In this document: in pieces, positions 14,017 through 24,792 of the stretch
How positions within the stretch are numbered: position 1 is the stretch's first letter
How the letters are laid out: every line of letters begins with the position of its first letter
DNA from: Octopus vulgaris
Lineage: Eukaryota
NCBI GenBank assembly: GCA_951406725.2
Contig: OX597834.1
Span: forward strand, 22,010,001-22,074,000
Direction of reading: 5' to 3'
DNA length: 64,000 nucleotides
Position numbers and translations under genes: made by a program
The notes under the pieces: generated by a model
What the model saw: the letters and a program-made list of their open reading frames with translations, nothing else
Databases searched by the model: none
Told to the model about the DNA's origin: nothing

Positions 14017-15371
14017 GTATGTATATATATATACACACACACAAGCATGTATATATGTACAACTGTACAGATAGTTACCCATTTAAGTATTAACACATTT
14101 TTTATACACTTTTGCTTATCTCAATATATTTTCTTGACACTTTCAGCTTCTTTACTTTAAAAATTCGTTTTTCAATGAGGATTTTTGGTTCTTTTATTTA
14201 AATTTCGAAAAAAAAAAAATTCATTTTTTTTTATTTTTTTATTTCCTACTTTATTTTTCTTTATTTTTTTTTATTTTTTTTTTTAACCTTGATAATCTTG
14301 AAAAATATTCACAAATTTTTCATTAGTCAGTCCTCAAAATATATTTTTACCTTCTGCTATGCGTAGCCATGACAATCAATGTGTTTTTACTGGCTCATTC
14401 TTGCTTCTATGCTTCATTTTAATATTACTTTCGAATTTTGGCACAAGGCCAGCAATTTCGCGGTCAGAGGTGTAAGTCAATTACATTGACCCCACTGTTT
14501 AACTGGTAATAATTTTATCGACCCCGAAAGGACAAAAGGCAAAATCAACCCCCAACGCCTTTCAAACACAGAATGTAAAGTCAGAAGAAATGCCTCTTGG
14601 TATTTTTCTGGGAATGGTAAGGGATTCGGCCAGTCTCCGCCTCATCCTTGATTTTAATTTGGTTTCAAATTTTGGCACAAGGCCAGCAAGTTCAGGTGGG
14701 TGGGCATATGTCGAAAGCCTTGACCCCAGTGTTCAGCTAGTTCTTATTTTATCGACCCCAAAAGTTAGCCTCAGTGGTATTTGAACTCAGAATGCCAGAC
14801 AAACAGAATGCTGCTAAGCATCCCCTCCCCCCGTGTCCTAACGATTCTGCCAGCTCACTGCCTTATACTTAATTTTCATATGGCTGAAACACATAAGGCC
14901 ATGAGCTGACAGAATTGTTTGCAAAATTATCATTTTTATCAATTTGTGTTGCAAGATTCTTGATGTGAAACTGTGTATTGAAACAAATGTATTTCGGGAT
15001 GGTCATTTTTTTTTTTTTTATTTTGCCAAATAAACACACACACACACACTCTAGATTCATTCTTCACTTGTCTATTAACTCATGTCCATTGTCCAGAAAT
15101 CTTTTGTCACACATCTGTGACCTCTTCAACCACACTTTCAATCTTCGTGTGTGCACTTGCTCTGCTTATTCCATTCTGTTCTTCTGTGATGTGTCTCCTT
15201 ATATGCACATGCGTCTGTCTGTGTGTGTGTGTGTGTCTGTCTGTCTGTGTCATTGTTCTTTGTAGAACTATAACCCTCTCCTCAGCCCTTAAACCTGACT
15301 TTTTGTACCATTATTGCATGCCATCAAAGTGACACCGGGGTAAAATATACAAAGCCCAGTATACCCATCTG

Positions 15372-15418
<47 letters not shown>

Positions 15419-15433
15419 CATTATTGTTATTAT

Positions 15434-15960
15434 GAAAGACTCTCGGATAGTTCTCAATTACAGGTTGTTCTTTACTTGAAAGCAGGCAATAACAAATCAC
15501 CAATGGTTTCAAGTAGTGCCTTCTCCTGTGACCCAAAGAGACAATACTCTCCTTAGAATTCGAGCTGTACCCAACAATGCTGTCTTCTGGATCATCTTGA
15601 GCCTGACAGCAGCTCCAATATTCTTAATATGAAGGCGGCAAGCTAGCAGAAACGTTAGCACGCCGGGCGAAATGCGTAGCCGTATTTCGTCTGCCTTTAC
15701 GTTCTGAGTTCAAATTCCGCCGAGGTCGACTTTGCCTTTCATCCTTTCAGGGTCGATAAATTAAGTACCAGTTACACACTGGGTTAATGTAACCGACTTA
15801 ATCCATTTGTCTGTCCTTGTTTGTCCCCTTAATATGCTTTTTAAAACCCTTAGAAACTGCTCCTAATGCTCCAATTACCACTGGTATCACCATTACTTTC
15901 CTCTTCCCCCATAACTTTCCTATCTCGTTCTACAGTGGCTGGTATTTCTCAATCTTTTCT
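15434..15960 (-). mobile_element. Dong/R4-like RLE non-LTR retrotransposon 3' end, interrupted by a SINE
   Basis: With the SINE removed, the minus strand reads KIEKYQPL*NEIGKLWGKRKVMVIPVVIGALGAVSKGFKKHIKNIGAAVRLKMIQKTALLGTARILRRVL, an RLE C-terminus, and ends in an (AAT)n tract at about 15372-15433. Confidence 0.8.
15632..15827 (+). mobile_element. SINE family B copy with 9-bp target-site duplication cttaatatg
   Basis: TSD at 15623-15631 and 15828-15836; A-box-like agctagcagaa and B-box-like gagttcaaattcc. Confidence 0.85.
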
Positions 15961-16177
15961 GTTTCGACTAAAAATTTTTCAAGGTGGTGCCCCAGCACGG
16001 CCACAGTCTAATGACTGAAACAAGTAAGAAGATAAAAGTGTAAAAAACATAAAATTGCTAATGTAAACCAATTAAAACAATCTTATTTTCCTCCTTATTA
16101 ATTATTTTGTTTTTTTTTATTTGTGTTTTCTTACACAATTTATTTACCTTTTTTTTTTCTGTTCTTGTGTCTTGCAG

Positions 16178-18521
16178 GTTCTTCCATTACTATCGTAAGA
16201 AACAACAACGCCAATGCAAGAGACGGTATATCCAACCGTGCAACCTCCCCTTCTGCAGTTCCTTCAAACATTCCGACACCTGGGGGTAAAATATTGAGCA
16301 ACCGAGCACCTCATTCAGGACTTGAGAAACAGCCTGGACGAATCCCTACACTAAATACTGGCCAAGCTATTCCTTCACAGTCCTCGAAGTGTGCCTTTCA
16401 GAAAACACCGGCAGCTAACAAGAACTCTATGCTTGATAAGTTTAAATTCTTCAATAAAGAAAAAGAAAAAGCTAAAGGAAGCGGCATTGTGAAGAGTCCG
16501 TCCCGCTCCAGTAGCGGCAGTAGTAGCAACAGTGCAAGTAACTTGCCACAGTCTCGTGGTGAGCAAGAAACGGTCAGCGACAACAAGTCCTCTTCCAATA
16601 GCGCTCGTGGTTCTAGTTCAATGGAAAATGGTTCTCTGACCATTCCCACTGGATCGAGTAGCCCCAAACTATCAAGTAAGATCACTAAAAAAGGATTAGG
16701 TCGTACATTTAATGCGAAAAGAGATTCTGCTGGATTATCTACGGATGATAATACTTCGAAACGAAGCACACCCTCACCTTCACCCCGAACCCCGAGTCCA
16801 AATTATTCGAATCAATCGGCGCCAACGTCACGTAAAATTTCTCCCCCTCCAGGGAAAAAGAGTTCTTCTGGAAACCTGAAATCGGATAGGAATGAATCAA
16901 AGCGAGATGATGAATCTAACAGTTCTAAGAAGAATTCAAAAATTACCAGTCTGATTCCGAAATCTGGTGCTAAAGCTGGCAAACAACCCTCTCCGGGTTC
17001 ACAGATACCTCCACTATCAACTGGCATTCCAAAACCGAAAGGAAAAAGTAGCAGCAAAGAAGAAAAAGTCAAAGTGCCATCAGCCGTGCGTGACCACAGC
17101 AAAGGAGGACACACACAACTACTGGCGCCTTCTTTATCGAACAGACAGTCTTCGAAAAGTTCCCGCCAGAATTTAAATATCCACCAACCTCCCCCACCAC
17201 CACTACCAGATGAAGGGCAACTATCTCAACAGTTGCTCAGTATACCAAGTGATAATGTTACAGCTAAGGACGGCTACGATTCCCATATTTACCGAGACGG
17301 AGATCCACCCTGTCTTGTAAATTCTCCGACGATCCGACAGGTAGCTGCAGTCCAAGGACAGAATATTCGTTGCCTCAGCCCCACAACCATGGTAGGCAAA
17401 ACAGGTATCCCGGGCAAATCCAACAGCCATTACGTAGAAGTGACTGTGCCTGCAGTTGGTTATGAGTCCGAACGAAGTAGTAGCCACAGACATCAACAGA
17501 ACCGGGACAAAGACTTAAGTTGTGCCGAACGTAGCGATGCTATCTCCCAAAGTGTAAATGTTGTCAAACCAACTCGTTCCCTGACACCAAATTCTTTCCC
17601 ACCAGTGGCTAAAGTCGATGGAAATACTCAGACCAATCTGTCTGCTCTACAGCGCCAGGCTATTAAAAAGTTGGACACTGTCAAGGAAAACAGCCTTGTT
17701 GGAGACGATAGCCAAAGTCAAGAGCATCATTTGAACAGTCATTGCCAAAATGAAGGTTATCCTTCACACGCAAACAATTACGAGGAGTTAATAGCAGCCG
17801 AAAAACCAACTCCGAGTTCTACCAATTCTCCTCGTCTTGGAGTCAAAATTCTTAGTTCGCAGCTCGCGAAACCAGCGAATAATGTGGCAATTGTTCAACC
17901 GAGACATGGTGAAAAGATCGAGACCACATTTGACACAGAGGTGCGAACTGAGACTGTTTCTAAATCTGGTAAAGAGACTCTGATATTGGAGAAAGACAAT
18001 AAGGAGACTACATTTATCGATGATGCTGGGGAGACGATGGATATCAAACCTATGCCCCCGATCATGAGAGCCATGCCGTATGGCTACTTCAGGGGTTATG
18101 TTGGTACATCGTCAAACAAAAACTTTCATATCCCGGGAATATCCGTACCAACTTCTCTGTACGCCGGAGGTGGCAGCGGCGGTGGTGGGAGTGGGTCGAG
18201 TCGGCTCAGTATGAACCGGTCGTACATGGACCAAGGGGGTTACTACAGCTCCGGTTCCATTAAGAGAGCGATGTCATCGGGGGGTCAGAGCGCTCTAGAA
18301 AGCGACTACGCATCCGATTTGGATACCTATGACTATATATCCGGCTACGTATCCGACGGAGATATACTGAGAAGCCGAGGATGTGACGATATGGGTAGTG
18401 GATATTTAAGCGAAGGAGGTGCATCACTGTACGCTCGTCGGTTACAACAGCGATTCCGTGAAGGAATGCAAGCAGTTAAAGAATGCATGCAGAAAAGTAG
18501 CGGAATTTTGGATTACGACAG
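16178..18521 (+). CDS. Large internal coding exon of a neuron navigator family gene (NAV2/NAV3, unc-53, sickie-like); Ser/Pro/Lys-rich region
   Basis: Open frame of about 780 codons in non-repetitive sequence. Polypyrimidine tract and ttgcag| acceptor (AG 16176-16177); donor cag|gtaaaa (GT 18522-18523) just before the in-frame TAA. Motifs SMLDKFKFFNKEKEK, GYVSDGDIL and SGYLSEGGASLYARRLQ resemble conserved navigator/sickie segments (recalled, not searched). Enters in phase 1, exits in phase 2. Confidence 0.88.
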
Positions 18522-18659
18522 GTAAAAAAACCTTACTAAACTATTTCTTTCTTTTTCTTTTTAGGATTTCTTTGTTTTCAAGCATTTCACTCAAGACAAT
18601 GGTTCTCTGTTCTCTTTTATTAAATTGTTTATATTTTTATTTTATATATATTTTTTTCT

Positions 18660-18690
<31 letters not shown>

Positions 18691-19639
18691 TGGTTTTTGG
18701 TAATAATTTTCCTTCCTTGTGACAAAATTGTTATCTATAAAGAGTAGAAGGAAAGAAGGGATTTGCAATATTTTTTGTTTACTCTTCGATAAAATTTCTT
18801 ATTTTTAAAGATTTGAAAGGAAAGGAAAAATATTGTTATTTTGTCTGTATTTTTACATTTTTTATTCTTTATTTTATTTTTTTTTCATTCTCTCCCTTTT
18901 CTCCTGATTTATATTTATACATCCTCTTCGACACAATTGCAGAAACTGTTTTCATTTAAAAGTCGCTTAGTCCTTTGGAAATGAAAACTAGGGAGTCTTG
19001 AATGTTGAACAAATGGGTGCCATTTTTATGGGATAGAGTAAAAAAAAAAGAAAGGAAAAGAAAAGAATAATGATATTTGTTATTCTTTTGCGATTTTGTC
19101 AAGAAAAACATAAAGATTTTGACCAAGAAATGAGCATGCACGTGTTTTAGATACATAAACACAAGCAGATAGACTGACCAATGAACAGATATTGAAGCCA
19201 ATCTCACCACTTTTATGTACAATATCCATTTCTCTGTTCAGCACTAGTCTGAGGATCCCCAACCTAGGATGAAACTAATGGCCATTGTGAAACAGTCAAC
19301 CTTCCAATCTCCATAATGCATCTCCAGTCTACACATGTATTGAGTTGTTTCTTTCTTAGAAATAATATCTCATTGTATGCATGCATGTATGTATGTATAT
19401 ATGTATGTATGTGTGTGTGTGTATTCTAGATTAATATGTAATAATTCCAAAATAATTATTGAGACTATATACTAAATAGATCATTCAAGGTGAAACAATT
19501 CAATGTCATCAGTGTGTGTATGTATCTGTATCATGCTTTCACATCCTTCACTCAGTTGAGAAGGTCTTGTGAAAACTTAGTGACCTCACTAGTGCTGGTG
19601 CCACAAGAAACGTCCTCCCAATAGACTCTGTAAAGTGGT

Positions 19640-20082
19640 TGTTAGCAGACATAGGGTCTTCCAGCAGCCACCCTCTTGACCCAGGGCACTCCCTCCTCCA
19701 GGCACTTTATGTAGGACTCTGTGTTCAGTCTGAGGCTGTGTAGGAAGATGAATGGAGGTATAACATCATCATCACTAGCGATCACTCCAGACCTGATGAT
19801 GTTGACTGGATCTTTGATTTTTATTACTCTTGGTACCTGTTCTAAGATTGACACCCAAACATTCTGAAATGTTCATAATGGAGCTTCTGGTGCAAATGCC
19901 AAGCATTAGAGCATGGCATTTACAAATTTCTAGCAGAGTGAATTGCGTCATGATGCTGTTTTTCTCACAGACGGTGCCCACCTGACCCTACTATACTGTG
20001 TAGTCAACAAAATCAAAATCAAACAATTCGCACGCTCGAAATTAAAAGTATAAAATGATACTAGTTTACCCATCATACCCTG
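19640..20082 (-). mobile_element. Internally deleted Tc1/mariner-superfamily transposon remnant
   Basis: Minus strand begins TA|CAGGGT at 20082. An HTH-like start ([18 protein letters not shown]...ISECLGVNLRT) is fused to a DDD/E-domain segment GVIASDDDVIPPFIFLHSLRLNTESYIKCLEEGVPWVKRVAAGRPYV. Confidence 0.75.
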
Positions 20083-20113
<31 letters not shown>

Positions 20114-20241
20114 CATGTGTATATATATATATATATATGCATGTATGTATATGTGTGTGTATGTATATATGTATGTATATATATATTTGTATATATATAT
20201 ATGTGTATATATATATATATTTGTTTGTATATGTATGTATG

Positions 20242-20274
<33 letters not shown>

Positions 20275-20284
20275 TTCGAGACAT

Positions 20285-20318
<34 letters not shown>

Positions 20319-20354
20319 GTATATATATGTATGTATGTATATATATATGTATGT

Positions 20355-20389
<35 letters not shown>

Positions 20390-20433
20390 CATATATATAC
20401 ATACATACATATATATATATCTCGAATTAATAT

Positions 20434-20466
<33 letters not shown>

Positions 20467-21290
20467 GTATATATATGTATGTATGTATGTATATATATGT
20501 ATGTATGTATATATATATATTTATATATATATGTATGTATACATATGTGTGTGTATACATATACGTGTGTGTGTGTGAAGTGTTTTTCCTTCTAGTTCAG
20601 AAAATGTTGGTTTGATAGGTCAGCCTCATTCATCTGAGAAAGTCTGAAAACACTGAATCTACAATTGCTGGCTGGTAGAGTTTTATAAACTCACTGACCT
20701 TTTTAGGGGTTGTGCCCTCCACCACCACCACCACCATCCAATATTATCTTGAAAACTGGACAATTGAATAATGATGAATAATGCCAAAGCTTCTTATTAA
20801 GTCATTCTTTCTAACATCACCCCCCAACCACCACCACCACTCCACCCCAAGTATTGTGGCCCTTGTATGGGTTTTCTATGAGGACCACTGACCCTTGCCT
20901 TTTACCTTGCTTTTTCTGCTGAATGAAATAAAAGCTTTACACACCTTATAACTGGAAGAGCCAAGTTAAAGGTTGAGGTCATCTCAAGTGGATTTTAGTA
21001 TGGGGGGGGAGTGACATTTGGTTATTCATCTGTTTATTCTGAGATTCTTTGCAATAACCAGAGATACATACGTACTTCTAATAGCCACAGATACATGCAC
21101 CCCCCACACATACACACACACACACACATACTTCCAATGCCAAGATACGCACTTACACACACGCACTCTTCTAAAAGAAACCACATACACACATTTCTAA
21201 TGCCTAGATATACACACTTCTAAAAGCCACACGGGGAACCCGGGGTGCCGGTGTATTAAGGTGGGCGCTGCTGCCACCCGTCGAGGAGTA

Positions 21291-21714
21291 TAGGCGCAGG
21301 AGTGGCTGTGTGGTAAGTAGCTTGCTTACCAACCACATGGTTCCGGGTTCAGTCCCACTGCGTGGCATCTTGGGCAAGTGTCTTCTGCTATAGCCTCGGG
21401 CCGACCAATGCCTTGTGAGTGGATTTGGTAGACGGAAACTGAAAGAAGCCTGTCATATATATGTATATATATATATATATGTATGTGTGTATATGTTTGT
21501 GTGTGTATATGTTTGTGTGTCTGTGTTTGTCCCCCTAGCATTGCTTGACAACCGATGCTGGTGTGTTTACGTCCCCGTCACTTAGCGGTTCGGCAAGAAG
21601 AGACCGACAGAATAAGTACTGGGCTTACAAAGAATAAGTCCCGGGGGGCAATTTGCTCGACTAAAGGCGGTGCTCCAGCATGGCCGCAGTCAAATGACTG
21701 AAACAAGTAAAAGA
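21291..21714 (+). mobile_element. SINE family A, full length
   Basis: Same head and tail. Confidence 0.85.
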
Positions 21715-22565
21715 AAAAAAGAAAAATTACACACATTCCTACAAATCACACACACACATACACACTTCTAAAAAAGGTGGTGGCAGAGTGGATGGAAGGA
21801 TGGGTGGATGGCTTTCACTTGTCTTCCAACTAAATATAAATAAAGACGAAAAACAAGAAGATAATAATGTAATCAAGTTGAATTATTGTGATTCTATTTA
21901 TAGTTTCAGGATTAATCTAGATTTAATCCCCTTGATGCCATCTTCCTTGAAACTGCCCCAAATTTCATTATTTAAAGTGATCTAAATTAAAACCTTCTTC
22001 CATCATTCATGCTAATTCATGTTAATTTATATTCCAAACATAAATTACATATTTTAGTAAATTATTTAAGGGTAGTATATTTCAACAGAGACCTGGTAGC
22101 AAAGGAGTTAAGCCCAACCTGGAGATAAAAAGTAACAACGATACTTATCCCTGATTTATTTCCAATTTACATTTATTTGTTTCACTCAGTTGTTCTCAAC
22201 CGTGATCCATATGACTCCTGGGGGATCATGTAAGAGTTTTTGGGAGTCCACACAAGCAAAACAGAAAATTAGGGATCAACGGTAGTATTTTAAGAGTCCA
22301 TGAAAAGTTTCTTTCTTTACCATTTGATTTTCAAGCAGTTTTGATTTTCAAAACCATGTTCCAAACTTTTGGCCATGATTGTATACCAACTAATGTTTTT
22401 TACCATGGAAAGGTCACTAACTTCAGCCAATACAGCTTGGTGCCAGTTTTGTCAAAGCTATTGTGATCAGAATTCAAAGACTTTGAACAGATGCCCCCAG
22501 GCATCTTGACCTGTACCTCACATGGCACAAACTCTAGCCACACCACAGGGAAAGAGCATAGACAT

Positions 22566-22779
22566 TTAGTCCTTTAGCATTTAAACTGGCCACATCCAGC
22601 CCAAATGGTTTATGTCCAAAATGGCCAGATCTGGCCTCTCACGTCTACCCTTCAATGCCTTTCTACAAATAAACAAATACATTGTCAAAATCTTGATGCT
22701 ACAAGATGATGCTTGATTAATTCTAAACAATGTGATTAACGATTACATTAGTCAAAGTAATGTGAATGCTAAAGAGTTA
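22566..22779. mobile_element. MITE with degenerate TIRs (cctttagcatt / aatgctaaaga) and TTAA-like ends, piggyBac-like; partial copy at 29346-29545
   Basis: Terminal inverted repeats visible; internal tggccagatc...gcctctcacg sequence is shared by both copies. Confidence 0.5.
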
Positions 22780-23097
22780 CGTGTCTAAGACTTCAAGGAA
22801 CCCACTGCAAGGTAATAATCTACCCTAGGGTCACTATATAAAGACAAATTTACTTTAGGGGTTGCTCATCCTTAACACACCAGCATCGGTTGTCAAGCAA
22901 TGCTAGGGGGACAAACACAGACACACAAACATATACATATATATATACTGGTTGGCGTTAGGAAGGGCATCCAGCCGTAGAAACACTGCCAGATCTGACT
23001 GGGCCTGACGAAGCCTTCCAGCTTCACAGACCCCAGTTGACCCGTCCAACCCATGCTAGCATGGAAAGCGGACGCTAAATGATGATGATGATGATGA

Positions 23098-23133
<36 letters not shown>

Positions 23134-23136
<3 letters not shown>

Positions 23137-23880
23137 GGTATGTAGAAAAATACAACATGGACAAGAACGTATAACTCTTAGAAGACGACACAATAAACAC
23201 GGACAGGACATTCGAAACCCTCAGTCTTCAGTCAAGAACCGGATCATCGTAGTAATTTCGGCTGATTAATCTTGAGATTACTAGATCACGGCCAGCCCTC
23301 CAAGAAAAACCAAGCAACGAGCATTAGAAAAACTAAGCTGGAAGCGTAGATTTCCTGGAAGAAGGATCGAATGCATACGAACACCAGGACAGCAAAAGGG
23401 ACAGATATAAAAAAACAAAAAACAATAATGGAATACAGAAACATGAAATACAGAAGCATTAACGGTGAAAACAACAGTGTCTTACGACTGATAACAAGCA
23501 AACAAATTTTTTCTCTGGCGCAATGGAAAAAGCCTTTATAGTGGCGGACGAAAACAGCGATGTTAACAGAACGAGGGTCAGAGGCTGAAAGGCAGATTTC
23601 GGCCAACAGTCACGTGACAGAGAAGAGGGAAAAGAAAAGAAAGAGAAGCAAAGGAAGAGAGAGAGAGAGGAGGGACAAACGCAACAAAGAGAGAGAAGAG
23701 AGAGAAAGAAGGAATCAGAGAGGAGAAGGGATGGGTGTCGAAGAATGACCTGTGAGTGCAGAGCGTGACAAAGAAATAGGAGGGTAGTGGAAGACTAGAC
23801 CAAAGAATCAGAGGAAAGAGAAGAGAAAAAGAGGATGAGTAGAGAGAAAAGAGAGAGAGGGGGACAGATCAAGTAAAAAT
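23134..23880 (-). mobile_element. Probable Penelope-like 3' region remnant
   Basis: Abuts (TA)n; the minus strand has a pyrimidine-rich stretch followed by degenerate ggctg...cagcc-GAAA and CTGAAGA...GAATGTC motifs. Confidence 0.3.
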
Positions 23881-23939
23881 GAGAGAGAGAGAGAGACAAA
23901 CAGAGAGTCGTACCAATTATTAAGGTGCTCACATAAATG

Positions 23940-23991
<52 letters not shown>

Positions 23992-24217
23992 TCTGAAGAC
24001 TTTCAGTCCATATTAATGACACCGACAGGCTAAGTTTTATCTTTTGCTTGTTTCAGTGATTGGACTGTGGCCATGCTGGAGCACTGCCTTGAAGGGTTTT
24101 ACTTGAAAAAAATCCTTAGTACTTATTTTTAAGCCTAGAACATATTATATCCAGCTCTTTTGCCAAACTGCTAGGTTATGAGGATGCAAACAAACCAACA
24201 CCGTTGTCAAGTGGTAG

Positions 24218-24450
24218 TCTATCTATCTATCCGCTCAGTGAAGTCGACTCTCAGTTACTCGTTGGATCAGTGTCCTCTAGTCAGTTCTATCCTGGGCCGC
24301 TTCCTTCAGATTGGCTATGTCCATTCCGGTATCACTCTTGATGGTGTCAAGCCAGCGGGTTCTTGGTCGGCCTCTTCCTCTCTTGCCACTGACCATTCTG
24401 AGCATGATGTCCTTCTCCACGGACTTTCTCCGCATAATATGACCGAAAGT
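24218..24450 (-). mobile_element. RTE-clade (BovB-like) LINE 3' fragment
   Basis: FGHIMRRKSVEKDIMLRMVSGKRGRGRPRTRWLDTIKSDTGMDIANLKEAAQDR followed by a (GATA)n tail. Confidence 0.8.
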
Positions 24451-24737
24451 GGTAGTAGTGGTAGATAAACAAGAAAAGGTCAGACACACTCACACATATA
24501 TCACACCCATATACATTCACACACACACAATCATATAACTGGCTTCCGCACAGTTTTCATTGACCAAATTCAACCCAGGGCTTATAGAAGAAGACACTTG
24601 CCCAAGGTGCCATGCATCAGGATTGAACCCAAGACCAGGTGGTCAGATAATAAGCTTCTTAACCACACAGCCATACCTGCATCAATGCTTCTATCTATAT
24701 TTAGAACTGTTTTCTAAATTTTTTCTGTTCGTTCTAG

Positions 24738-24792
24738 AAGTCATTCAGGAAAAGAAGAGGAAGTGCCTGTGGTCGATGCTGGGCACTCCTAG
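24738..24792 (+). CDS. Candidate alternative terminal or poison exon (R-SHSGKEEEVPVVDAGHS*)
   Basis: ttctaaattttttctgttcgttctag| acceptor. Joined in phase 2 to 18521 it reads 18 residues to TAG 24790-24792. Unique GC-richer sequence; AATAAA at 25282. Confidence 0.3.

Noticed and set aside
16123-16177. N-terminal MFSYTIYLPFFFLFLCLA looking like a signal peptide
   Set aside because: It is the translated polypyrimidine tract of the acceptor, and the ORF start is GTG, not ATG.
21291-21365. tRNA-like heads of SINE-A copies
   Set aside because: They have A and B boxes but run straight into SINE bodies and no full cloverleaf is evident; not tRNA genes.
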